This document shows positions 53,335-64,000 of a stretch of DNA of 64,000 bases, in pieces (the stretch's first letter is position 1; each line of letters begins with the position of its first letter). Source of the DNA: Microthyrium microscopicum (Eukaryota). Below the pieces are notes generated by a model. The model did not search any database, was not told the DNA's origin, and saw only the letters and a list, made by a program, of their open reading frames with translations. Location of the stretch: assembly GCA_010405405.1 (NCBI GenBank), contig MU004233.1, forward strand, positions 1,800,566 through 1,864,565, read 5' to 3'. The position numbers and the translations under genes were made by a program.

Positions 53335-56300
53335 CTATATCAAATGGATCAAACCAGGCAACCTACCAGCTCGTTCAGCTTCCAGCTTAACCCCACAGAC
53401 ATAGCATTCACCCAGGACCCGAAACCTGTGACTAGAAGATTCGCCATTATCCTCACCCTCACTTTCTCTTCTCAGTACAAACGGCACAAGCGCACCCTCT
53501 ATAATCGCAATTACATCACCCTCCTTCATAGCCTCTGGCCCCAGCCCAAGCATTTTCCGATCCTGTGTCAGAAATAACCGCCGTCCATGAGCGACATTCC
53601 GCACCGACTGCGTGAAGCGTTGCCACGAAGCACTTTCCAGATCACCTGCGTGTTCCATCCCTTGCGTACCGAAGATTGCTGTTGCAAACTTGCTATAGTC
53701 GGCGCTTAGGCTAGCTTGATCTGCAGAAAGATTGATACCTAGCTGTTTCATGAACGCGTAGAAGTCGGATAGGTGTCTTAGACTTGAGGTATCGTCGATT
53801 GGCAGGCCATACCAGGATTTGCCGGCCGTTAATGTCCATGCAAGCCGCAGTCTATCGACTGGATTATCTAGCCAGATACGGATCAGAGGCATGGCGAAGA
53901 TGCTATTTAATTTTGAAGAGTCTCGTTCTAAGGACGTAGAAATGTTTATTTCGTCTCCCACTGTTGCGACGAGGATTGCAAATACTTCGAGCGTCGGATT
54001 AGTAGCGATCGGTTGCTTAGGAGATAGAATAACTCGTCTGGGGCCCGACTTTTTGGAGACATCCGTGGGCAGTAGTAGTGGAATGCCTTCTGCTGGAGCG
54101 AGCATTTGGGTGTATACATTCTCCCATTGTGGTACCCAGGATGGCCATGTCTTGTCTAAAACTAGCTCGGTCTGGACAGAGGAGAGGAGAGAGCCCCATG
54201 AATCGTCGAGCGCTGCTTTTGAAGCTACGTCCGTGTAGACTTGTAGGGTATCTTTATTATAATCCGGGGCAACGTATAGTTGACCGCTTTCCGCGTCTGC
54301 GTCGGTCGTTGGTAGGCCAAGCAAGCCATACACACGATCTCGAGGATCAGTAGCTTCGAATTGGCGGGTCAATGCCAGGAGTCTGGGGAAATTGAAACGG
54401 AGTGGCTCAAGATCTCCTGTGGTGAGCTGCGAAGCAGAAATGCGGTACATGAAGTAAGCGTTGAAGACTCCAGGCATCGGGTTTTTGTCAAGAACATCGA
54501 GGTAGCTCGTGCGAAGACGGGCAGCTGCAATACCCAGATAGCGCCAGGATATTGTACAGGAGCCCCAAATCGCTATTGCGTCTTTTGCCAGAGCAACCTA
54601 TTCGAAGTATTAGAATCTAATCACGAACAACTGAAAAATATGAACATACCTCCTGAATACACCAAACTCGCCAAAACCAACTCTGTCCAAATAGATCTTG
54701 AACTGGTTTCCATAGCCTACTGTTCATTGCTTCGGGAGGCCCATGTTTACCTGGGAAGTCGAGGATGTCCGCCGAGCTAACATCATTGCCATGAAAGTAC
54801 GCATTTTCTAACGGCTTGCCGTTTAATTCTCCTCCAGAAGCCACACTACAAACAACCGAGAATGCCAATCTTGCCGTATTTTGCGTATCAGGGCCTAGCC
54901 ATAGCACTACTCTTGATGCGGACATATAGATCTTTCGCATCAATGTGACTTGATGACTGCGTTCGTTCACATCTCCCTGGTTTATCGAAGCTGCATCCGC
55001 CCATATGCGTCGTTCTTTATCGGAATGGCGCAAATGACGCAACGCTGTACAGAGGTTTTGCGTGACTTTGATGGATCCTGTTGGAAAGTGCAGATATTCT
55101 GTCTCGCCTGGATTTCCCCAGACATATGAGAGGCCCTCGTAGTCTACAGAAAGACAAGATAGGCGCGTTTCTACCAGGTCGCAATGTATGTCAGGGCCAG
55201 TTCCCGGTTTAATGCTAAGTATTCTGATGGAGTCCTCGTGCTCCAAAGTTTTGTATGGATTGCCATGATTTCGTGAAGCATCAAAAGTTTTAGGCTTGGT
55301 TGATGTTGGGAAGTTCGCGACTATGTACTCCCAGAATCTGGCTTCCATTTCATTTTTAGCTGTGGAAGAATCAGTTGGCTCAATTTGAGATCTGAAATCG
55401 AGCGCGCTTCGTGGTCTTTTGAACGGTGGCTCTCCGGTGGGAGAAGGGACAGAGCTGGACAAATGTTTGTGAGCTTCATCGGAAACATCGAGAATATCAA
55501 AGGACCTTTTCTCTAGATGGCTTGACCTTTCTACTGATGCATATTTCATAGCATGTAGGCCACCAGTAGCTCTCAGCATTTCTGGCGACACGGAGAACTC
55601 CATCCGCGCGAAATTCGCGGTGACTGTTTGTAGAGGCCTCGTCTGAGGAAGAAGTTGAGCCAAATCCAAACTTTCTCCCTGGATTTGCAACGATTCAAAC
55701 TCTGCTTGATTATCCTTTATTGCCAATCCACTTTCCATTGATCTTGGTTTCGTGGGTTGTCTATAGGCAAAAGATCGACGAGCAGCTTCTTTATTTGTCA
55801 ACTCCAGTTGCCTTAGCTGTCTTTGATATGGAAGTAGTGTAGCCTTCTCGGAATCTATACTCAAATTGGACAGCTCCGTTACAGGGGCTGGCACATGAAC
55901 ATGCTGAGCAGGAGCAGTTTGTGACAGATATTCGGCAATCTTCTCAGGCTCTGAAAACGACCATGTATCACGCTGCAATTGTGTCGCAAGTACAGGCGCC
56001 ACCCTTGAGACATCTGGTTTCAATGCCCGTGGTATTGAGGACTGTAGCCGGTTGGGTTTTCGCACAAGTTCAAGCTCCATCGGCCGTGGTTGCTCTGCTC
56101 GTTTTGTCTCAAAATAGTTTTGAGCCGCTACTGAATTCTGTGTCAGCCTGAGCTGGGTGGCTCGTGTTTGTTGCTGGTCTGGGGTAAGCAGGTTAGATTC
56201 TGCTACTAAGTCCGCTGAATCCTCCTCTATTGGCGCTTTGACGGCTGGGTTTCGATCAATTACGTCCGACGAGACGGATGGCTTGAAAGGCGCCTTTGGT

Positions 56301-58453
56301 CCCGAGAAACGGAATTGTTGTTCTCCATAGCATAGTCTGAACTCAGCGACTCGCCGCTGTTCCTGATCTGAGAGTCTTGGATCTGATGCCATGGACCATG
56401 ACTCCAATGATGGTGTCTCAAAGATAGGGCATCGATCAGCTTCGCTCGGTTGTACCAGTGGCATGTCCATTGTCCGTGGTACTGAGAATTGAGGTTGTTG
56501 TTGTATTTGGGCAAATCCAGGTTGCATGGGTTTCCGTTGTGGCGTCCCTTCAGGATAAGAAGGTTGTTGGCCTGAATTGGCGGCGAGACTCTCCGTCTTG
56601 GTGAAAGGCTCTGGCAGATCGTCCTCAGAAAATAGTCGTTGCGTGCGATCAACATCAAATGAGACCAGATTGTTGATATTGATTAGCGATGCATCCATAG
56701 GTCGTGGCGTCTTGCCAGTTGCACCAAATTCATTAGCATCGGGCCACTTGACTTCATCAATGACTTTATCAATGGCTGTATCAAAACCAGAGGAATTGGT
56801 ATCCAAATCCAGTGATGCTCCTATGTGCCGCCTTGGTCCTTTAGCCAGCGAAAAAGCTCCTGGTAGCCCACCATACGTAATTTCGCTGGCTCTAAGCCTG
56901 TGCTCTGGACTTTTGGATCTGAAAACGGTAACGGACTCGGACTGTTCTTCTGGACTCGGTGCCGCAGACTCAATTGATTGCTGTTTGTACGCCATATAGC
57001 TATCCGCTGGTCTTTGGTCTGGATTCTTAGAGACATCTTTTGACGAAGGAGAATTCAGTCCCATTTCCTCCAGGGTGTGTGCGGCAAAACCAGTCTCTTG
57101 CTTATGACTTGCATATGAGTGTTCCATTGGTCTACGCCCTGGATTCTCAGTGGTATCCGCCTTAGAAGGAGAATCTTTACCCATAGCGACGAGCCTTGAT
57201 GCTTTGAAACGGGCCGCTTGCTGTTGAAGTGCAAGCGCTTGTACCATCTTCCTGCGTTCTGGACTCGGCTCTGGACTCGAGCTGCGCTCTGAGAAATCTG
57301 CGGAAGCAGAAAAAGTATTCGTCATCGCGCTTTGCATCCTCCGTTGAGCTTTCCAGTTCTGCAGTTGTTGTTGCTGCATTGCTAAGGGCGCCTGTATAGG
57401 TCTTCGATCCTGTTCCAAATCATCCTCCACAAAGTCTTGCAGCGCAGACCAAATACTTGTCGTTGCAGGAGGCATTTGACGTGGAGGTTGCCAGCTTGCT
57501 TGTTGTGGTTGCATTGCTATCGTATCCTCCCTCGACCGCTGTTCCCGTTCTTCATTCTGAGTAGAGAAATCTGCTAAAGCAGAGAACGTATTCGTCATGG
57601 CGCCCTGCATCCTCCGTGGATGCTGCCAGCTCTCCGTCTGTGCCTGCGTTGCTATCGCTGCCTCTCTTAGCCTTCGATCCCGCTCCTCGATCTGTAGAGA
57701 GAAATCATGTATACCAGGGGCTATATTGGTCATGGGCGTTTGCATAGATCTATGTTGCTGAGTCTGCTCAATCCTCTCCAAATTGGCCCGCCAGCCAAGC
57801 GGTGCTTGTATAGGTTTTCGTTCCTCTTCCGGGCGGCGACTTGTGGAGAAATCCGAGATAGCCGGGGCTGAATTCCATACGGGCATCTGCATAGGCCTCT
57901 GCTGCTGAGATTGGTGCTCAGTCTGTGTCGCCGTCTTCAACTCAAACTGCGAGCTTGACGGTGTCTCCATGGGCCTCACGTTCTTGTCTAGGTTTTCAAC
58001 AGTAGGGGGTCGGCCTCGTGGATTATTTTCAACTTTTGGGGCACACTGTACATGCCGGGGAGTGGCAGCGACTGAGCTTTCCTTATATCGACGAATCAAG
58101 TTTCGAGTCAGGCGTGGTGTTCCTTTACGCCATTTTCTCTCCTGTTTCTGACCTACAACAGCAGTTTCCATAATTCGACGAGTAGTGTTGTTGATTTGTA
58201 TAGCCTCAAAGGACGATTCAGTCTCCTGCAACGGCACGAATACCTGACTCCAAGCATTCAACTGCATGCCACTACCAGTTGCGACATTCATATGTCGACG
58301 AGTGATGTCTTCTCCAGCCTCAGGAGTAGCTTCCCAGTCCATTTCATCCATTTCGCTGCCATGGTCGCCTCCCTGCTCTTCAGCCTCGCCCCTGGAAGCG
58401 CTCGGGTTGGTACCTTTTGATGGAAAACCCTTCATGTTGGTGACGATTTGCAT
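53335..58453 (-). CDS. HET-domain (het-6-like heterokaryon incompatibility) protein with ~1,050-aa repeat-rich N-terminal extension; 2 exons
   Basis: HET motifs IRILSIKPG…YEGLSYVWG…VTQNLCTALRHLR…IWADAASINQGDVNERSHQVTLMRKIY…VVLWLG…WFWRVWCIQEV. Intron ~54,649-54,598 (gtatgt…tag). C-terminus EATDPRDRVYGLLGL…PSWVPQW…GRRLFLT…LGLGP…GDVIAII.G..VPFVLR…VLGECYVCG is typical of HET-6-like proteins. Confidence 0.9.
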
Positions 58454-59003
58454 ATTCTTAAGTTACAAGTCTATCGAACCTCCATTCTTAGTGCGGAAGG
58501 GTGTGGTTAGTTAAGTGAGTAGTAGTTAGAATAAAAGCCAAGCGGAGGGGTAGTAGTTTGAGTTGCATGATTTTTGAAAATAAGCAAGACATGCAACCTT
58601 GTTGTACGCGAGTGTTTTTGTGGCGGAGCACTTCCTCTCGCCACGTTGGGAGTTTAGCTTCGTATTTGGGGTTTCGGTGTTTGATTGGCCACAATATGAG
58701 ATACGCTGTAGAGGTGAGTACTGGAAGTGTCTTTTAAAAGTTCGGTATCATCATATAATATGGGTCAAAGAATTCAATCAATGGGCGACGTGGACGTAAA
58801 ATAAAAGATTATGATAGTTAACAATATGTATATTCTTCTGCACAATATGTACAGGCTGCTCATTGTCTAAAAATCAAACCAACTCCATGCTTATTTTGCA
58901 TCAACGGGGTAATAGTATGCAATGATTCATGCCGCGTTGAATAACGTACAAAGACAATAATGAAAAGAATTAGTACAAGGTCATTGGCCGATGATCATAA
59001 TTT

Positions 59004-59962
59004 TTACACAATCGGTCTGGTGGATTCGCCGGTTCTGTGCCATCCAGGCTGGCCGGCGGAAGATCCTGATGGATAATACCCCGAGTTGGTACCATTAGTC
59101 GGGTTATGGTGGCCATACACTTCGCTGTGGGCCATTGCTTGCTCTTCCATGGTCTCTTGGCCGGACTGGTGGTGTTTTGTTTTAGTGGCAGGAAGGAAGT
59201 CGATGGCGAAGCTTAGGACGTAGAAGGAGTAGACGAGGGCAATAACCCATTCTACAATTGCGGCGTTGTTCCATTTTTGGCGAACATTTAGAACACCAAA
59301 TGCTAAATTGGCCGTTAGTAAATTATAAAAAGTGTTGGTATGGATGGGAACTTACCGATCGCGAGACCAAGCTCGATGAAAATGAAGAAGAGCTTGACCC
59401 AGAAAGAAATTCGTAGAATGCGGAATTGTCTAAAATGAATTCCGAGGCGTTGGTATTCGGCACATACGAAGATAGCTGAAATGACATAGCCACCAATAAA
59501 CACCACTAGGAAAGTATCATGCAGAGTATGATGGTTTTTGGTGTCGAAAATGCTCAACAGGATCAATCCGGCAGCACCAATGATTGCAAAGATGATGGAC
59601 ATAACAGCAAGGAACTTCTGGACGCGCGAAGTATTGTGGACCAGGCGGCCAGCGTGTCGTAGCCATCTCTCGGCGCAAAAGGCTAAATCAAATGTGACGA
59701 CGGACACAGTGCCCATGGCAATGAAGAGCGGTTTGAAATCACTGGCGCCGACATCTGAAATGTAGGCAATCGTTTGGTCCGCGGCCATGTATGAATAATG
59801 TGGTTTTCCTGAATGCGATAGTTAGTATCTAATTGACATGGGTGTGTGAAGTGCTTATTCACCTTGAGTAAGCCAATGGATCAACATTGCTAGAAGCATT
59901 GCTAGCCATACTACCGCTGAGAAGAGCGGTAGCATCCAGTATGAAATGACCCCTTTCAACAT
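59004..59962 (-). CDS. SFK1: Frag1/DRAM/Sfk1-family membrane protein; 3 exons
   Basis: MLKGVISYWMLPLFSAVVWLAMLLAML…G|KPHYSYM…QTIAYISDVGA…KPLFI…ERWLRHAGRL…LSIFDT..H..LHD.FL…LRISFWVKL…|AFGV…NAAIVEWVIA…IDFLPA. GT-AG introns near 59,860-59,810 and 59,355-59,304. Confidence 0.88.
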
Positions 59963-61487
59963 ACTTGCGAATAGAGAGAAGCGTAAAGCGTGATGATAGG
60001 CAATGAACAGTCGAAACTGGTGTTTTGAAGATGGTCGCGCCGGACCGATTGATGGCAATGGCAATGGGTGATGAATGGGATAGATGGAAGGAGAGGTTGA
60101 AGGGAATTTGCGACAGGTCAATGACTTAAAGTGTTTCTAAGTTGCCGGACTGAGCCGCTTGGGGCATCTGCATCATAGGTAGGACGGCACAGACGGGAAG
60201 TTTGCACAAGTAGTGGATCGAAATCTGGATATCAACAGCGCAAAAATGCCCCTATGACGTCAATCTCGATCTGCGCAAGGCTTTGCTCAAGACTGTGGGT
60301 CCGTGGTTTGTAACCAACCAAAGCATGCAGAGGTTACGTCGCGAGACTTAGGTGATTAATCGGGGAATTTACGGTGCTAGCAGGGCAAAATGTACAGTTC
60401 GTATATCTAGATTTGACGATGGACGAGATGTTGGAGGAAGTCAGTACCCGGCTTCCGCAGGCCACGAGAGGCAGGAACGATGAATGCCAGCAACGTGGGA
60501 CGCACGCGATGGCCCAAACCGGCCACATGCGACGACGGCTCCAAACTCAAATACCAAATCTCGCGTCATGTTGTTTCAACTTCCTTTGCTTAAACATTTT
60601 ACACTTCGTACATTATCTACGCTGCCAACTTACAGGCAAAATCAATGGCTTACCTCTATCAAGTATAATGTCTACCATCTGCCTTGCTTTAACTCCGAGT
60701 GCTGTATTTCTCGTCGACTCTAAAAGCCTCGACTTTGGTTTTAGCGAGTGCGCTGGGAGTTACAGAATGCGATGAGAGATACCGTATTTGATGGGAGGTC
60801 AATCAATGTCGACCAGCTCGGGGCCCTTGTCGAACTGCAGCGACAGCATTGAAATATCACAACCACAAACATTGTGCCTTCATGAGGCAATGTTTACTAG
60901 TATCGTAGACTCGCTCATTACTAATGACCCAAAACCGTGACATTTCATGATTAAGCATATCATTTAAATTGCTGTTTGGTCCCAAAGGCATGGAAAACAA
61001 GCTACGGCAACTCTCAATTTGGAATAAAGGCTCAATCATCTCCGAACCCATGTCTGTCTTTTCCTTGATTTTGAGCCTCTCCAATTTTCAATGTGAAAAT
61101 TCGCTTAGTTTTAAGACTACAATATTACCTTATCCGGCAAGCAAATATGGAACGAGACTTGAAAATATCCAACTATTTGATATGTGTACGCAATTCCAAA
61201 TGCGATCCAAGTCAAGTCCATCGGTTTTGACTCGGAGACGTGGGACATCAAGCTTACTGAGCATAACTTAATAATCTCGTAGCTTTATCATGCCTGCAAT
61301 TGGTCACAGCCTTGGAGCTCTCGCATATGCCGAGCATTAGTTCAATTCATACGATATCTATAAAGAGGGGTGTATATCAGCAGTGAATAGGATAGAACTC
61401 TCAAACAATACGGCATCATTTATTGAAATCAATAGTCCGGTCCCTGACATACTGACATTCTCCATTTCATAAGGAAACCCTTCAACC

Positions 61488-62469
61488 ATGCCTCTCCCAT
61501 CAGACGAGAAGCTTGTTGCGAATGCCACTGAACTCCTAGGCCTATTCAAAGGCGCCTTTGGCACTCCAGCCGGCTACCGTCCAGCTCACGCGAAAGGCCA
61601 ACTACTCTCTGGAACATTCACACCTTCAGCAGAAGGCAAAGCGCTCTCCAAAGCACCACACTTTCAAGCTCCCTCTACTCCAGTCCTCGTCCGCTTCTCC
61701 GATTCCACCGGTATTCCCAAGATCCCCGATACAGACGGTAACTCCAAAGTATGCTCCCATCCAATCCCTTTCCATCTCCAGACCTAACGGCTCTTTCTAG
61801 CCCCATGGAATTGCAATCCGTTTCAATCTACCCGACGAGAACGGCAAGCGCAAACACACCGACATAGTCGCTCACTCCACACCACACTTCCCCGTGCAGA
61901 CCGGCGAAGACTTCATCGCCTTCCTCAAAGCCCTCGGTGGTGGAACCATCGGCGAATTTCTCGGCACCCATCCCGCTGCCGCACGCTTTGTGGGCGCTCC
62001 AAAGCCATTCCCAGTGAGTTTCGGTACGGAGAGGTACTTCGGCCTCAACGCTTTCAAGCTTATCAGCCCCGACGGCAAAGAGACATGGACCCGCTACCAC
62101 ATCCTTCCCACTGCCGGCTATCAAACTATCGAGGATGCTGAAGCGGAGAAGAAAGGTGAGAATTATCTCTTCGACGAAGTCAAGGAGCGCGTAAAGAGTG
62201 GTCCAATTGGATTCAAGATCATGGCCCAAATTGCAGAGGAAGGTGATGTTACCGACGATATCACCAATGAGTGGCCGGATAGTCGAAAACAGGTGGAGTT
62301 GGGGACTTTTGAGATAAAAGACGTAGTGGAGGATAGTGAGAGTGTGCAGAAGAATGCGATCTTTGATCCCATTCCGAGAGTCGAGGGGATTGAACCTTCT
62401 GCGGATCCCATTTTGGAGTTCAGGGCAGCGTTGTATTTGATTAGTGGACGAGAACGTCGTGCGGCTTGA
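61488..62469 (+). CDS. Catalase-related (SrpA-like, small heme catalase domain) protein; 2 exons
   Basis: GYRPAHAKG…GTFTPS…LSKAPHF…PVLVRFSDSTG; intron 61,749-61,800; PHGIAIRF…HTDIVAHSTPHFPV…YFGLNAFKL…QIAEEGDVTDDITNEWPDSR…IFDPIPRVEGIEPSADPILEFRAALYLIS. Confidence 0.9.
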
Positions 62470-64000
62470 TTTGATATGATGTAGTCGAGGCTGTAGGTTG
62501 CTCACAGTCCGTTGTAGCTCCTGGGATAGTAATGTCTATGGTTATAATCTGATATACTTGCATATATGCCTTGGCGCTACAGTACCTTTCGTGGTGAGTT
62601 TGACCCATTACATTGATCTAGATGATTGCGACCTTGCTCTTGAGAATTGTACAGTGTTTCAAGCTACAAGGAGGTCACAGAACCACCAGGTAGAAGGCAA
62701 GGTGAATACCAAGTTCTGCTGATACTGGATGAAATACATGTTTATACAGAGTCTGGGATTACTGGAACAGTTGGATCTTATAAAACCTTTTGAGATTCTT
62801 GTAGAATAGGGTGTATGATGAAGACAAGTGAGTCAGCACCATATCATGATCAATTGCGGCAACGGCGACATCGTGCAGGTGTGCCTTTGGCTCTCGCAAA
62901 GGCCCTTCGAGCTCATCAGAGTTGATTTTCTGAACAAAACAGTATTTCCATGAAACGGTAATGTAGGGAGATATATTGGAGAGGTTGTCCCATTTCTTAG
63001 AGTTGCGAGGGCAAGCATAGGCACTCGACATGCAAAGAGTACCCTGGGGTCTACATACCTCCTAGGTAAGGTAGTGGAATGGAGTAAGACATTGCAGTGG
63101 GTTTGATCCACGCATCAAGGATTGCTTGAGACTTGAATAGCAAGAACGATAAACGACAGCAAGGGAAAAACCTGGAGTTGACAAGGTTAGCTTTACAATT
63201 GACAGGGAAAGAATCGAGGATCAATTTCAAGGGACGGGAGGCTGGAGAGATCGACGAGGCTGGAAATGTCCAAGCTCTCCAGCTTTGATGCAAAAGTTCC
63301 TGGCCCAAACGCTTGACCGTGGCGTCCATTTCTTAATCGGTTCTGTTTCAACTTCAAGCATAATGGGTCTTGCTCAAGAAATGTCTTTGACTCGCCTATG
63401 AGCCGAATGAGGAAGGAGATTGGATTCACCCACAAACAGTGAGGGGAAACCAACAGTATATGGAGTATAGTAGAATCCTTCTAAAGTCAAAAAGATAAAC
63501 ACGCGGCACACTAAGAAAGCATGAATATCAAGTGTGCAGTAGTCTTGTATGGCCAGGCTCAAGATCACGGGAACTTGGAAGACATTTGTGGAGAAATCTC
63601 CCTTCGGAGTTTTGATTATTACGATTTAGCTTGGGTGGACCGTGACGGTGAGTGTGGCTTTAATATTGTAATTTGATGTTGATATCGGATTTGAAATTCC
63701 CGGATCTGGAGTATTTGTTGTAACTACTAGCGGCATGAAGATAGGAGAATATTAAATCTACTCGAGCTTGACAACGCGCTATCTTTATGAAAGGATTACT
63801 ATCGAGTGCGATACCTAGATGCCAAAACACTTCTTCAAAAGAGACTGCTTTAACATTCATTGAGTGCGTTATTCAGATGTTACGAAATTATCCAACGCGA
63901 TGGCGTCTTCAACTTCTGATGTACCCAATTGTCTAGAATCAAAGTTCTGAATTGGGGGAGAAAACTTTCTGGTGATACAACTGAGTTATCAAGCTCCATA

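Noticed and set aside
60334..61271. ORFs between SFK1-like and catalase-related genes
   Set aside because: Likely a divergent promoter region; the ORFs lack coding-like composition, motifs or coherent splicing.

Overview
Window from a filamentous ascomycete (Pezizomycotina-type) genome with two sharply different halves. Bases 1 to ~39,050 are an AT-rich block degraded by repeat-induced point mutation (RIP). It holds a three-copy tandem gene-relic unit (1-4,850) and a ~15 kb run of RIP-killed non-transposon genes, including a recognisable DNA polymerase alpha B-subunit (POL12) copy and an F-box-like gene. It also holds an 87-bp tandem array, nested Ty3/Gypsy (chromovirus-type) LTR retrotransposon relics (one complete, with a TAAAA target-site duplication) and a ~90-bp tandem array. 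Bases ~39,050-64,000 are GC-balanced and gene-rich. They carry a border pseudogene, an RBR E3 ligase, a 4-exon small secreted protein missing from the ORF track, an SSU1/TDT transporter, a fasciclin membrane protein and an SDR. They also carry a 69-aa Arg/His-rich peptide with a myristoylation-like N-terminus, a HET-6-like protein with a ~1,050-aa repeat-containing N-terminus, an Sfk1/Frag1 protein and a catalase-related protein. The most notable signal is the RIP-inactivated multigene block with a diverged, intron-containing POL12 copy, which may be cargo of a large mobile element; no recombinase or transposase for it is visible here. All calls come from reading and translating by eye, with no database searches, so relic boundaries are approximate.
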